IMG/VR virus record: IMGVR_UViG_3300028394_002659
Source: a virus
Length of the DNA stretch: 64,000 nucleotides
Strand: one strand, 5' to 3'
The notes under the pieces: generated by a model
What the model saw: only the letters and a program-made list of their open reading frames with translations
Told to the model about the DNA's origin: nothing
Databases searched by the model: none
Part shown: piece after piece, positions 51,501-62,005 of the stretch
Position numbering within the stretch: position 1 is the first letter of the stretch
How the letters are laid out: the number at the start of each line of letters is the position of its first letter
Translations under genes and position numbers: made by a program

Positions 51501-54463
51501 TAGTGGGCCACTCGCTGGCTATATTCTCTACGACGTTGAGCACCCGCTTGTGTCACGTGTTCAAGTATCCGGTTACGCAAAGCAAATGCTGATTCATTCA
51601 CAGCACCGTATCGGGTAAACGTTTGATCAACAAACTGTTTGATACGGTATACGTCTTCTTTGGTCTCGACCATTTGTAACATTTCGGCTACTGGTCGTTT
51701 CAGTGCGGCGGCAATACGAGATTCTGACGCAGGTGCCATATATCCCGACTTAGCAAAATCTTGTTTGGCGGCTCGATCTTTCTTGAACTTATCTAAATCT
51801 AATACTGTACCTTGTGGCTCTGGTTGGTTAGAATTTTTAAATCCTGGTCCGTATGTGCTAGTGACATTATTAATATTAGTAGCAGTTGGTGCGATTGGTA
51901 CTGTTGGTTTCTTCACATTGGTACGACGTGCGCCCATGGTCTTTGGTCCGGCTGCTGGTTTTGGAATTGATGCAGGTTTGCCTGCCTTGAGAGATGCATT
52001 ATACGCCGCTGCCACGTCGGGATTAGTTGCGGTGCCAGTCGCCGCGCCTGGCGCGGTGCCAGCCTGTGACTTGGCCAACAACTCATCATAAGTCCGGGCT
52101 TGACCTGTAGCAGGATTGGTACCGTAGAACGGCATAGACTTTTGTGCGCCGCCTGTTTTAGCAGGAGTGGCTGTTTGTGCGGCAGGTACCGCGGCAGGTG
52201 CTGTGTAAGGAATACTCATCTTACTGAATACACTATCAACAACTTGTTTTGGAACACCCCATTCGGTGGTCAACAACTGATACAATCGGTCACTGTCGTA
52301 TGGCTCACCGGCACGATTCCACATGTTGTTGAGTTTGTCAGCTGTGACTTTGGTAATAACATTATGTCCAACATTGCTGACATAGCCGCCAACTTTGTCA
52401 ACACCTCTGCCAATGGTATCTAAAGTTTTTCCAAACCAACCTTGTGGTTTGCCTTGCCCGGCAGTGGCACTGGCTGGTGCGCCGGCTGCTGTGGGATGAC
52501 CGTAGTCGGTAGTGGGTGCGCCAATATATTCTTTCAAGTATGCACGGCGACAACGACCAATGTTTTCAAATACAGTACGCACACCCTTGGTTGTTAAATG
52601 TACGCTTTGGTGACCCTTGCGATTAACACTTTCATTCAATGCCCAGTTTAATACTGTTAGTTTCTGGTCAATCAATTGTTCAGCCGGAATAATTTTGAAC
52701 TTGATGGATTCTTGAACTGCAGGCAACGTTGGCTTGGCCATGATTTGCAGTTGGTTGCCGTCGGCATCTATATAGATATTGGGATTACGCTTCATGAAGT
52801 CTGCTTTCCAACTATTATATGCGGCTGTTTGTTTGGCAAGTTCGTCGGCAGGTAAATTAGGATTCGGCGGCACAAAATTTCCAGTATCAGTGACAGGAAT
52901 ACCGAATTCTAGTTTTTGCCCCTGACTGTCGGTGCTCATCGGACCTGTTAGGCTGTAATCAATTGGTGCACCATCTGGAGTTGTCAATGTTGGCACAGTG
53001 TCACCAGGACCTGGTTCAACTGCTGGTGCAGTGGGTTTAGTGGGGCCGTCCCAATCTTGCCACACATTCTTCACTGGTTCACCGCTGGCTGCAGGCATGT
53101 TAATTTCTTGACCAACAAAAATTTTGTCTGGATCTGTGATCTGAGGATTGGCATTCCATAATTGTTTTGCAGTGAGTCCATTATCCTGTGCAATTTTTCC
53201 AAGTCCTTTGACGTCATCAGCAGTCACAGTATATGTGCTACCGCCTGTGTCTGCGCCTGCAGCCAGTTGACTGTAATCAGCTGGCACAGTACCTGGCTCG
53301 GCTGTTTGCATGATGGCCTGGTTGAGTTGATCCAATGTGACATCACCATCAAATCCATATGCTTTGGCCTGAGCGGCCGCTTTTGCAGCTTCTTCTGGAC
53401 TTAGTGCTTCGACACCAGGTCCCACAATATTAGGGTCACCATCGGCTGTAAGACCGCTAACTTGGTCCGGCGGCAGATCCAATCCGTTGATGTTGTTGGC
53501 CGGACCACCGGGGAGATCTGTATCGTTCCAATCGCCCAAGGCTGCATTGTTGGCAGCAATCTCACTGGCACTTGGCATTCCGTAATATGCGTCTGACGCC
53601 ATGTTGGCCAATTGGCCAGCACCTTGTATTCCACCACTGACCAAGGCAGCTGTCGCGGCATCGCCTACAATATCAACAATTTCTTTATCTTTGAGTGCAG
53701 AGTCTATTGCAGCCAGGCCAGCGGCCACGCCTGCTCCGCCTAGGCCGCCAGTTAAGAAGCCTGCGGCGGAGATTATTGCCCATTTGGCAAGTCCAGTGGC
53801 TCTTGGATATTTTTTAGCCGCATCACGATATTTGTAAATGGCTCGGGTAATGGCATTTGCTTCACCTGAATCGCCACCCACTTTGCCCAGTGCTGTCATG
53901 GCTCTGTTGTATTCTGCGTCAACCGCCTGATATGTGGGACGTTCTTTGACCCATTTTCTTGCACCGGCCAACATGTTTTGTACACTGCCAATTGCTTGAG
54001 TTGTGGCATCTTTGGCTTTGCCTAGACCTGTGCGGTTGCCGCCTGCGGCAGTGGCACCTTGTTCTACATCTTTGAATAGTTGTAGAACTTGATCTTTGGT
54101 TAGATTTTTTTCAACCAATAAACGGGCAAATGCATAACCATTTCTAAAGGTTGTTTCTTCCATTAACCTAAGTTGGTTATTGCGATTGCCTTCTGATATA
54201 GGCTTCGAGTTTTTTCCAAAGTATAATTCTAGTGCTTCACTTAGGCTCTTATGCCCTGAGGCTTTTGCAGCCGCTTCACGCTTCTTACGGAAGATTTCAC
54301 GGAAGTGATCGTCATCCTCTTCTGGACTATAAGGATAAGGATTGTGTTCACCGCTGGGTCGTTTGCGTGGTGAGTCACCTGGACGGTCATAGTCCTTGCC
54401 TGGCAAGTCGTAAGGGCCACCTTCTTTGAGGGGCTTGGGTGTGAATAATTGGTCTATTATCAT
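51500..54463 (-). CDS. large LysM-domain putative virion protein
   Basis: LysM (YTVTADD..LGKIAQDNGLTAKQLWNANPQITDPDKIFVGQEINMP), Gly/Ala-rich hydrophobic segment, Ala/Pro linkers. Confidence 0.75.
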   Translation of the reverse strand: MIIDQLFTPKPLKEGGPYDLPGKDYDRPGDSPRKRPSGEHNPYPYSPEEDDDHFREIFRKKREAAAKASGHKSLSEALELYFGKNSKPISEGNRNNQLRLMEETTFRNGYAFARLLVEKNLTKDQVLQLFKDVEQGATAAGGNRTGLGKAKDATTQAIGSVQNMLAGARKWVKERPTYQAVDAEYNRAMTALGKVGGDSGEANAITRAIYKYRDAAKKYPRATGLAKWAIISAAGFLTGGLGGAGVAAGLAAIDSALKDKEIVDIVGDAATAALVSGGIQGAGQLANMASDAYYGMPSASEIAANNAALGDWNDTDLPGGPANNINGLDLPPDQVSGLTADGDPNIVGPGVEALSPEEAAKAAAQAKAYGFDGDVTLDQLNQAIMQTAEPGTVPADYSQLAAGADTGGSTYTVTADDVKGLGKIAQDNGLTAKQLWNANPQITDPDKIFVGQEINMPAASGEPVKNVWQDWDGPTKPTAPAVEPGPGDTVPTLTTPDGAPIDYSLTGPMSTDSQGQKLEFGIPVTDTGNFVPPNPNLPADELAKQTAAYNSWKADFMKRNPNIYIDADGNQLQIMAKPTLPAVQESIKFKIIPAEQLIDQKLTVLNWALNESVNRKGHQSVHLTTKGVRTVFENIGRCRRAYLKEYIGAPTTDYGHPTAAGAPASATAGQGKPQGWFGKTLDTIGRGVDKVGGYVSNVGHNVITKVTADKLNNMWNRAGEPYDSDRLYQLLTTEWGVPKQVVDSVFSKMSIPYTAPAAVPAAQTATPAKTGGAQKSMPFYGTNPATGQARTYDELLAKSQAGTAPGAATGTATNPDVAAAYNASLKAGKPASIPKPAAGPKTMGARRTNVKKPTVPIAPTATNINNVTSTYGPGFKNSNQPEPQGTVLDLDKFKKDRAAKQDFAKSGYMAPASESRIAAALKRPVAEMLQMVETKEDVYRIKQFVDQTFTRYGAVNESAFALRNRILEHVTQAGAQRRREYSQRVAH

Positions 54464-54464
54464 A

Positions 54465-55259
54465 TTATCGTTCTTCTATGTAATCTTGAGACAAGTCCTG
54501 TTTCTGTCTGCGCTTTTGAAACAGTTTCACTGCCATGTCAGCATGGTCAATGCGGGGAAATCTTGTGGGCAACTTACGCTCACCGTTGCGTACTTCATAA
54601 CCGTTGTTATCATCACCCCAGCACTCTAGGCATGTGCCGTCTTCTAGGGTGTATGTTCTTGCTGGTGATTCACTCACCGCTGACATTGGAGCAGCCGGTG
54701 CTGCCACTGAGGCCGCTATATGATCTTCAACGCCGTGTGCTACTTCTGTGTCAGCAGGATCGCCAATGGGTTGTACATCCTGATCCCAGGTGGCATTTTC
54801 ATCAACTTCTTCGTCATCATAGTTATTAAATTCTTCTTCACTGTCAGCGGCATCTTCTTCGTCTTGCTCGTCCACTTCCTTATCATCACCTATGTCAAGA
54901 TCATGTTTGGCTTTGTTTACTAGATGAGTATCAAGTTTGTTTTCTTTTTCTAATTTTTCAAGGTAATCACGAAACTGTCCCTTCACACGACTGACCATGT
55001 CTTCTTCAACTTCTTGCATGGCTTCTTCAAGACTGGGCTTGCGAGGTTCTACTGAGTCACCAACCATGTAACCATCCATAGGATGTTTCTGATAGGGCTT
55101 CTTTGTGAGTGTGGTTGAGATATTGTTTGGTTTGAACAAGGCCGGCAATTGCGGCACACCTTGCTGTTGTTTGTTCAAGCCGTGCCGGACTGAGACTGGG
55201 GTAGTTTTACCCTCAATCAAGGCCAGGCGTTGGATTATACCATAGATTGGGTCTGTCAT
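54465..55259 (-). CDS. acidic putative head/scaffold-associated protein
   Basis: Asp/Glu-rich, contains LxE sites. Confidence 0.65.
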   Translation of the reverse strand: MTDPIYGIIQRLALIEGKTTPVSVRHGLNKQQQGVPQLPALFKPNNISTTLTKKPYQKHPMDGYMVGDSVEPRKPSLEEAMQEVEEDMVSRVKGQFRDYLEKLEKENKLDTHLVNKAKHDLDIGDDKEVDEQDEEDAADSEEEFNNYDDEEVDENATWDQDVQPIGDPADTEVAHGVEDHIAASVAAPAAPMSAVSESPARTYTLEDGTCLECWGDDNNGYEVRNGERKLPTRFPRIDHADMAVKLFQKRRQKQDLSQDYIEER

Positions 55260-55699
55260 GCTCGATCGTCTTTCAAGAAACTTCTCAGCATCCAGCCATG
55301 CTTTTGTTGAGCATCAATGCGTTCTGCTATAAAATTTGCAATGCCTTGCTGATTTTCTTGTTCGGCCGTGGCAAATGTTTCGTTCAGTAGATCCAACAGT
55401 TGGCTGTTGTTGGCCAACAATTCTTCGATCATGAGACGGGCACGTGGGATCTTTGTTTGTCCTTTGATGATGGTAAGTTCACTAAAGCGTTCGTAACTGC
55501 CAGGTGCATAATCACCTAGTGCTCTAATGTATTCTGCTGTTTTGTCTATACTGTTGTTATAGACTTCTTCGTATAGGTTACCAAAAAACTCGTGCAGTTG
55601 TGCAAAGTCAGGGCCTTCCACATTCCAATGAAACAACTGGGCCTTGAGACTGAAAGCATACTCAGTTGCTAATAGAATTTTTAAACTGTCCGCGAGCAT
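55256..55699 (-). CDS. dps: Dps / DNA-protecting ferritin-like protein
   Basis: FHWNVEGPDFAQLHEFF, D..AEYIRALG, HGWMLRS. Confidence 0.9.
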   Translation of the reverse strand: MLADSLKILLATEYAFSLKAQLFHWNVEGPDFAQLHEFFGNLYEEVYNNSIDKTAEYIRALGDYAPGSYERFSELTIIKGQTKIPRARLMIEELLANNSQLLDLLNETFATAEQENQQGIANFIAERIDAQQKHGWMLRSFLKDDRA

Positions 55700-55880
55700 T
55701 TTTATTCCTTTTGTATTCCTTGGGCGTGTTTGGTGTGGGATCCGAACTCGTTACATATTTACCTGTCAGCATGCTTCCGCCATTTCTTGCAATCATGCCC
55801 AAGGGAGCGGCACTAGGAGCCATTCCGCCTGCGCAACTGGCGCCTGCAGACGCGGTTTCCATTATTTCATGCATTTTCAT
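55662..55880 (-). CDS. hypothetical small virion-type protein
   Basis: MKMHEIMETASAGA N-terminus. Confidence 0.6.
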   Translation of the reverse strand: MKMHEIMETASAGASCAGGMAPSAAPLGMIARNGGSMLTGKYVTSSDPTPNTPKEYKRNKNARGQFKNSISN

Positions 55881-56172
55881 GACAGGATTCCTGGATAGTT
55901 ATACAGCCGGTTGAATCCACACTAGCAGGACCCAGTGTGATTCTATAGTTGTTTACTGTTAGTTTGGCATTTTCAGCATCAACCAACTCATAGCGTATTT
56001 GATATTGACCGGGCTCGGCTAGTATCTGTAGTTGTTCTTCTAGATAGTTTTCAGTCCAGATCCATGTGCGTTCAGCAAACAATTCGTCGTTGACATAGCA
56101 TCTATATCGTGGGGGGTTGTCAGACCAGTTGCAGTTGACATCAGTCTGGGCTAATACAAATTCAGTTCGCAT
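55867..56172 (-). CDS. hypothetical protein
   Basis: PRYRCYVNDELFAERTW. Confidence 0.7.
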   Translation of the reverse strand: MRTEFVLAQTDVNCNWSDNPPRYRCYVNDELFAERTWIWTENYLEEQLQILAEPGQYQIRYELVDAENAKLTVNNYRITLGPASVDSTGCITIQESCHENA

Positions 56173-56209
56173 TTAATATTTATCAAAATAGACTACTATA
56201 AATATTTGT

Positions 56210-57205
56210 ATGCTTAAACTGTCAGAAATACGCTGTGTACATGTGGAATTAACCACACGGTGCAATGCACGTTGTCCCATGTGTATGCGAAACTACAGGG
56301 GAATGGATTATAACTCAGGGTATCCTGACACTGAATTGACCCTGACTCAGTTTCAACACATTGTCGGTCCAGTGATCCATCAGTTGACCCATGCCAATTT
56401 CAATGGCAATTTAGGAGATTTTGCATCAGCACAAGACGCACTAGAGATAGTTGAGTATCTTGTGGCCCACAATATTATAATAAACATCAACACCAATGGC
56501 AGTTTACGCAACAATGATTGGTGGCGGAGGTTGGCCAGGCCCGGAGTCACAATAGGGTTTGCACTAGACGGACTGGCAGATACTCATGCGTTGTACAGGC
56601 AAGACACTGACTGGAATAGAATCATTGCCCATGCACAGGCATTTATTGCCGCCGGCGGCCGTGCCAAATGGCGTTTTGTTCCGTTTGATCATAACCGGCA
56701 TCAAGAAGCACAATGCCGGCAACTGGCAAAAGACATGGGATTTGCTGAGTTTGAAAACATTTACGATGGACGGGATTCAGGACCGGTATTCTCAAGAACA
56801 GGAGAATACAGTCATAGGATTGGCACAGACTCCGGACCTGCTGACCATATACCGCAGATCAAAGATTTAGTACAGAGCCATATCACATGGTTTGATCAAC
56901 GTACTGTGCAGTCTCACAAAGATGTTGCTGATTTAAAATTGCGGTGCCAACACAAGATCAAACAAGAAATCTACATAGCCGCAGATGGCAGTGTGTATCC
57001 TTGTTGTTATCTGGGATTCTATCCCGAGACCATGCATCATCCAGGTAATTCACAAACAAAACAATTGGTTAGAGAAAACAACGCACTTGAATATGATTTG
57101 GCACATTGTTTAGACTGGTTTGACTCTGTAGAACAAACCTGGGCCCGCAACAGTATTGCTGATGGCAGACTGTATCAATGTGTCAACAGTTGTTCGATCA
57201 ATTAA
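56210..57205 (+). CDS. radical SAM / SPASM-twitch domain protein
   Basis: CNARCPMC, NTNGS, DG.VYPCC, C-terminal CxxxC. Confidence 0.88.
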   Translation: MLKLSEIRCVHVELTTRCNARCPMCMRNYRGMDYNSGYPDTELTLTQFQHIVGPVIHQLTHANFNGNLGDFASAQDALEIVEYLVAHNIIININTNGSLRNNDWWRRLARPGVTIGFALDGLADTHALYRQDTDWNRIIAHAQAFIAAGGRAKWRFVPFDHNRHQEAQCRQLAKDMGFAEFENIYDGRDSGPVFSRTGEYSHRIGTDSGPADHIPQIKDLVQSHITWFDQRTVQSHKDVADLKLRCQHKIKQEIYIAADGSVYPCCYLGFYPETMHHPGNSQTKQLVRENNALEYDLAHCLDWFDSVEQTWARNSIADGRLYQCVNSCSIN

Positions 57206-57227
57206 AAATATACTAAAAAAGGAAAAT

Positions 57228-58172
57228 ATGACCAGCGCAAAAATTTTATATCTAGCAAGATATCGTGTGCCGCATGCTATCATGAGCCTGCAACCAGAAT
57301 TTACCCGACATCTCATTGGCGTGGATAGAACCTGCATTGCCAGCCCTGTGCCACAAGAAGAACTTTGGCCCATATTTGAAAAATACGGCATTGACACTAC
57401 AAAATTTGACTATGCCCCAGATTCCGAAATCTACAGACTGTATCCAGAAGTCAACAACTGGGTGTTTGACGGGGACTACAGAACATACTGGTTGCGTCAA
57501 CAGGCCATCAAGTTTGCATTCTTAGATTATCTTGATTACGATCTCATGATCATGCACGACTGCGATTGTTTGTTGATCAAGGATTATGAACCTTTCAAGG
57601 ACGGCAAGTTAAACTTCATGGTATTAGAAAATGAACGTCACAGTTGGGGTTACTATGAGAGTATTAAAAATGCTCTGGGATTTGAACGCATGACTCCGCA
57701 TTGTTTTATTTCAGAATTTGTGCCTGTACTGAAAAAAGACTTCAACGACCTGGTGAAATTTCTTGAAGACAAACACAAGAAAAAATGGTTAGATGCCATG
57801 ATTGACTCATGCCCACCTGAGCCCACGGTACCACCTTGGGGCAACGGAGAACTCATACGCTGGTTCAGTGAATATGAATTTATCGGCAACTGGGCCATGA
57901 GTCGTCAAGACATCACAATGGAATTTCAACGCAGATATCATTATGATGATATGGAAAAGATAGGTAACTTTAACACCAATTACCATACTGCGGTATGTGA
58001 TGCGGTACCGGATCTAAGCAGAAGTTTGCAATTTGACTGGGATAAGAAAGAAATTGTCAACTTTGATTATTACATGAACAAGATTCGAGAAAGACTAGCA
58101 ACACCTTGCACAGAAGAATTTGTGCCTCTTAACCGCAACGACCAATCTTGGCTTAGCAGAACCAGCGACTAA
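57228..58172 (+). CDS. DUF6492-like GT-A fold protein
   Basis: WLRQQAIK, DCD, FSEYE. Confidence 0.7.
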   Translation: MTSAKILYLARYRVPHAIMSLQPEFTRHLIGVDRTCIASPVPQEELWPIFEKYGIDTTKFDYAPDSEIYRLYPEVNNWVFDGDYRTYWLRQQAIKFAFLDYLDYDLMIMHDCDCLLIKDYEPFKDGKLNFMVLENERHSWGYYESIKNALGFERMTPHCFISEFVPVLKKDFNDLVKFLEDKHKKKWLDAMIDSCPPEPTVPPWGNGELIRWFSEYEFIGNWAMSRQDITMEFQRRYHYDDMEKIGNFNTNYHTAVCDAVPDLSRSLQFDWDKKEIVNFDYYMNKIRERLATPCTEEFVPLNRNDQSWLSRTSD

Positions 58173-58180
58173 CTTAATCT

Positions 58181-59236
58181 ATGTTGGAAGAACTTAAGAT
58201 TTATTCACCTGGATACCAAGCAATCAACTGGGGGTTTGATTATCCCCAGGTGGTCGATCTAGACACAGCATTGACACAACCCACAAGCATTGCAGTTCTT
58301 CCTGTTTACTATGACAACCCAAAAGACTTTGCCTACAAACCTGAATTTGACGGATTGGACTTGACACAGTTTGATTTGGTGTTGTTTACTGATATTGAAT
58401 TTCGTAGGCAAACAGATTTGATCAACTGGATAGAAACCACTGGTGCAAAAAATTGGTTGCTGACTGTGGGAGGATTGTACTCGGATGAAACACTGGATTC
58501 CAGAGTCATTTATAGGCCAGCCTGGATGTTTACATTTTTACAATGGAATCCACCACGTGACGAATTTCCGATGGAGAGACCGTTTCTGTGGGAATGCCTA
58601 CTGGGAGCAAGGCGAGATCATAGAGATTTTACAATGTTGAGTTTTCAGCAATCTGGGCTGCTGAATAAGAGTATTGTGAACTATAGAAATATTTTTATGG
58701 GATCTATGGATCATAAAGTTTGTGTAGATGTACAACAAAAATTTCCCGGCGTCGAATTACAATATCCTTATGTGAGTCCAAACTTGGATTCTGCATGGGA
58801 AGTACGCGGGGGCAAACTTGACAACACCATATCATCAGATGTGCCTTGGGAAATCTGGAACCGCTGTTATTACAGCATCATTATCGAAACGCTGGGCGAC
58901 GGCAATTGTTTTTTGGCAGCAGAAAAAATAGGCAAGTGTGTGCTGGCTCGCAGACTGTTTGTGCATTTTGGTGTGAGCGGGTGGTTGGCCAATCTGCGCA
59001 CACTGGGATTTGAAACTTTTGGCAGTGTGCTAGATGAAAGTTATGATTCAATTCCCTATAGAGTTCAACGCTGGTCGCAGGCATTTGAACAAGTAAAAGC
59101 ATTGAGCAAACAAAATCCGCAACACGTATTGCAAAAAATTCGCCCGATCCTAGATCACAATCACAATCGATTGTTTGAATTACGGCAAGAAAAGTTTGAT
59201 GCCATGCGGGTCATGATCGAATCTCAGTTGAAATGA
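58181..59236 (+). CDS. putative glycosyltransferase-like protein
   Basis: YYSIIIET, EKIGK, LRTLGFETF..VLDESYD. Confidence 0.6.
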   Translation: MLEELKIYSPGYQAINWGFDYPQVVDLDTALTQPTSIAVLPVYYDNPKDFAYKPEFDGLDLTQFDLVLFTDIEFRRQTDLINWIETTGAKNWLLTVGGLYSDETLDSRVIYRPAWMFTFLQWNPPRDEFPMERPFLWECLLGARRDHRDFTMLSFQQSGLLNKSIVNYRNIFMGSMDHKVCVDVQQKFPGVELQYPYVSPNLDSAWEVRGGKLDNTISSDVPWEIWNRCYYSIIIETLGDGNCFLAAEKIGKCVLARRLFVHFGVSGWLANLRTLGFETFGSVLDESYDSIPYRVQRWSQAFEQVKALSKQNPQHVLQKIRPILDHNHNRLFELRQEKFDAMRVMIESQLK

Positions 59237-60033
59237 GCAAGCCAGTGCTGATAGAAGTTTTCAGCAATAATTTCTTGTCCGGTAGGACTTGAATGATATC
59301 CTGGATCATCGCCTCGAAAAGGATTGTTTCCACAGATGGCCTGCGGTGATTGAGCAGAGTCTAGATTGATATAGTGATCAGGAATCAAGGCAGGAAATGC
59401 TTGACGCCATTGTGTTTGATCGTTGGGATCAAAAGGCCACAACAAGTTGGGTAACACCAAGAACTTGATATCGTCCAGGAACATGGTTATTATACCTTCA
59501 CGTATGATCCATTCATCACATTGTTTTTTCCATGCATTGTCGTAAATCGAATCAATCCAGTACCGCACACCTGTCTGTGCTTGTCGAGTAATCTTGCCCA
59601 TGCGATAAGGATGCTCAAAATTTTCTGCTAGAGTAAAGATAGTTTCGCAGATCATGTTTGACTGTTCTTGACCGTAGTTCACATTGCGTATGCCATCGTC
59701 TCTGCAATAGCCATTGCCTAATTTTCTATTTTGTAAATGTCGTTCTAGTGGAGGGTTCTCTCCTGAACTGGGTGCTTGACTCCAATCGTAGGGAACAGAG
59801 TCGGCGGGAATTTCCATTCGATCCCAGAAGGTGGGACCTATCACAGCAAAGTCTGGACGTTGTCTACGTATCTCGTCCATTTGAATTCGAATACCACCGT
59901 TCGAACAACCTTGTCTAGCAAGATTAACCAATTCCCACCCACCAAGTTTTTGTGCTAAACACTCACTCCAACTGGTTCCTGGAAGAGTTTGTGATACTGC
60001 GCTAAAACTACAGCCTGCTACCATTAATTTCAT
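59224..60033 (-). CDS. SGNH/GDSL-like hypothetical protein
   Basis: AGCSFS, NLARQGCSN, YHSS..GQ. Confidence 0.6.
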   Translation of the reverse strand: MKLMVAGCSFSAVSQTLPGTSWSECLAQKLGGWELVNLARQGCSNGGIRIQMDEIRRQRPDFAVIGPTFWDRMEIPADSVPYDWSQAPSSGENPPLERHLQNRKLGNGYCRDDGIRNVNYGQEQSNMICETIFTLAENFEHPYRMGKITRQAQTGVRYWIDSIYDNAWKKQCDEWIIREGIITMFLDDIKFLVLPNLLWPFDPNDQTQWRQAFPALIPDHYINLDSAQSPQAICGNNPFRGDDPGYHSSPTGQEIIAENFYQHWLAHFN

Positions 60034-60548
60034 TTGTTCACCTCTGTGTAATTATTCCTGTGCATGCCATCAGGAAAGAAAGTTTTTATCACGTCTCTGT
60101 GTTGCGGCAACTCTCCGAGATCATACGTGCCCGGGGGTATGGTATAAGTTACGGTGCCACTATTTGTATCCGCAAACGTAACCAAGTTGGGATGGTCACA
60201 AGCACAATCATGCACAAACACATGATGCAAATGACCATATTCGCCATTTTGATTGTGTGTTAGCACTAGATCATAAGGCGTGATTATGTTGCCAATTTCT
60301 CTACATGCTTGTTCTTGGTTGAAACTAATTTGTTTATTTTCAATATCTCGATAGTCATCTGTGTAGCCCAAGAATACACAAGCAATACCTCGCTTGCGCC
60401 AAAAATCTTGAAGTTCACGGCCACGTGGATCCCACTCACAATAAGTTAGATAACAAATGGTCCAGTCCATTTCCGGATGGTTGTGTATATAACTATATCC
60501 AAATATCACACAGTCGTCGGGGTGTGCCACAAGACATAACGCTTTCAT
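60030..60548 (-). CDS. PIG-L/LmbE-family deacetylase-like protein
   Basis: VAHPDD, THN..GEYGH.HH. Confidence 0.8.
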   Translation of the reverse strand: MKALCLVAHPDDCVIFGYSYIHNHPEMDWTICYLTYCEWDPRGRELQDFWRKRGIACVFLGYTDDYRDIENKQISFNQEQACREIGNIITPYDLVLTHNQNGEYGHLHHVFVHDCACDHPNLVTFADTNSGTVTYTIPPGTYDLGELPQHRDVIKTFFPDGMHRNNYTEVNK

Positions 60549-61336
60549 AGTAAATCCTTTGACTTTAAAAAATCCCAATACTGTTGCTGTTGTTGGTCGG
60601 TCAGTTGACTCCAGGCTTTTCTATGCACCCCTACCGCTGTGGCATTTCTCATGTGACTGTGTTTTCTATCCCATGCTGCCACTTCACTGTGACACACGTT
60701 GCAAGAGAAAATTACGGAGATGTCAGTATCATACAAACTGTGTGTTAGATTTTTGTATTGTAGATAGCCTGAATATAACATAAACTCGGTAAGCATTCCT
60801 TGTGCTTGAAACCACTCAGCAAAATCTTCATTGGTCATGCGTTGCACATCTTGAATCAAAGCACGGGCTTGAGCATTGTTTATAACAAATGGCACACCAC
60901 CGGGCCCAAGTTGCTGTTGCATGTCAATATCGAACAGTTGATTTATAATTTGTCGACTGGGTTCAAACACCGGATAGATACCTAACTCACCCACTTGCGG
61001 ACGGCCTTGGGAATCAAAAATATCAATTTGTTTTGTCAGCAAAGTTTTTGCATCCAGCACCATGGTCCAGGTATTAGATCCTTGAGCACTGCCCAAAATC
61101 TTCAATACCTGTTGGCTGACCCAACCGTTGTCACACCATGTGGATCCAAACTGACTTCTGGGTATGATTTCAACTTGATCGGCTAATTTGCCCCACCAAG
61201 AAGGATCCACAACGGAGTCGTCATTTAATATAACACGTATGACACCAACATCATATCCGTATCGTTCTATGCTACGTGCTTGTACTTTTAGTATATCAAG
61301 TTCATCACGAAATACCACTGTGCAGATATCTATCAT
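60545..61336 (-). CDS. DUF6492-like GT-A fold protein
   Basis: GWVSQQVLK, LDAK, TEF.LY. Confidence 0.7.
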   Translation of the reverse strand: MIDICTVVFRDELDILKVQARSIERYGYDVGVIRVILNDDSVVDPSWWGKLADQVEIIPRSQFGSTWCDNGWVSQQVLKILGSAQGSNTWTMVLDAKTLLTKQIDIFDSQGRPQVGELGIYPVFEPSRQIINQLFDIDMQQQLGPGGVPFVINNAQARALIQDVQRMTNEDFAEWFQAQGMLTEFMLYSGYLQYKNLTHSLYDTDISVIFSCNVCHSEVAAWDRKHSHMRNATAVGVHRKAWSQLTDQQQQQYWDFLKSKDLL

Positions 61337-61347
61337 GCACTTATATA

Positions 61348-61572
61348 TCAGGCGATTTGTACCACGTTGGTAATTACTGAGTCTTTGCCGTACTGTGTCA
61401 TCAACAGTTGACGAGCCATTTGTGGATTTTTGGCAAAGATGGCCACGTCCATTGAGTTGGTGTATAACTCGTTTTTGACTTTGACTCGGGCTTGGTAAAC
61501 ATGAAATCCAGGTATGACTGCTTCCTGTAGATTGTATTGTGAGCCCTGTGGCTTGTTTCCGTATGGTATCAT
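61348..61572 (-). CDS. hypothetical protein
   Basis: Start MIPYG; intact ORF. Confidence 0.6.
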   Translation of the reverse strand: MIPYGNKPQGSQYNLQEAVIPGFHVYQARVKVKNELYTNSMDVAIFAKNPQMARQLLMTQYGKDSVITNVVQIA

Positions 61573-61576
61573 AAAT

Positions 61577-62005
61577 TTAGTCAGCAGATTTGTTTTTGTC
61601 TTTTTCGGTAATTGGCCCGCCAGTGACCCAGGCCTTGCATGACCGTGAGCCTGCACATTTGAAGTGCAGGAAATTACAATAGCCAAGATCGGCCAAGTTA
61701 ATACTGGCATTGGCATCTACGCCAGTCTCGTCTCCTTGGATACCATTGCTCATGCATTCTCGCATGCTGTCACTCACATCAAATGCCGCACAGTTGCCAC
61801 ACTGCATGGTACGAGCAGTGGCCACGCTGACCCGGAATATCTTTGCACTCGTGCTCCAGTAATCTTCAGCACGTTCAGGATTGGCAGGACCGTAGTGATA
61901 GTCATCTATGGCCTTTTGCCGATTCTTTAGATTGAGGTCTATGTCGTGTGTTGCTGTGGGACAACCTTTCGAAATAGCTTCCAGTAAGTTTATGTAGTTT
62001 CTCAT
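61577..62005 (-). CDS. Cys-rich putative virion-associated protein
   Basis: MRNYINLLEA, CGNCAAF, GYC..LHFKCA..RSC. Confidence 0.75.
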   Translation of the reverse strand: MRNYINLLEAISKGCPTATHDIDLNLKNRQKAIDDYHYGPANPERAEDYWSTSAKIFRVSVATARTMQCGNCAAFDVSDSMRECMSNGIQGDETGVDANASINLADLGYCNFLHFKCAGSRSCKAWVTGGPITEKDKNKSAD

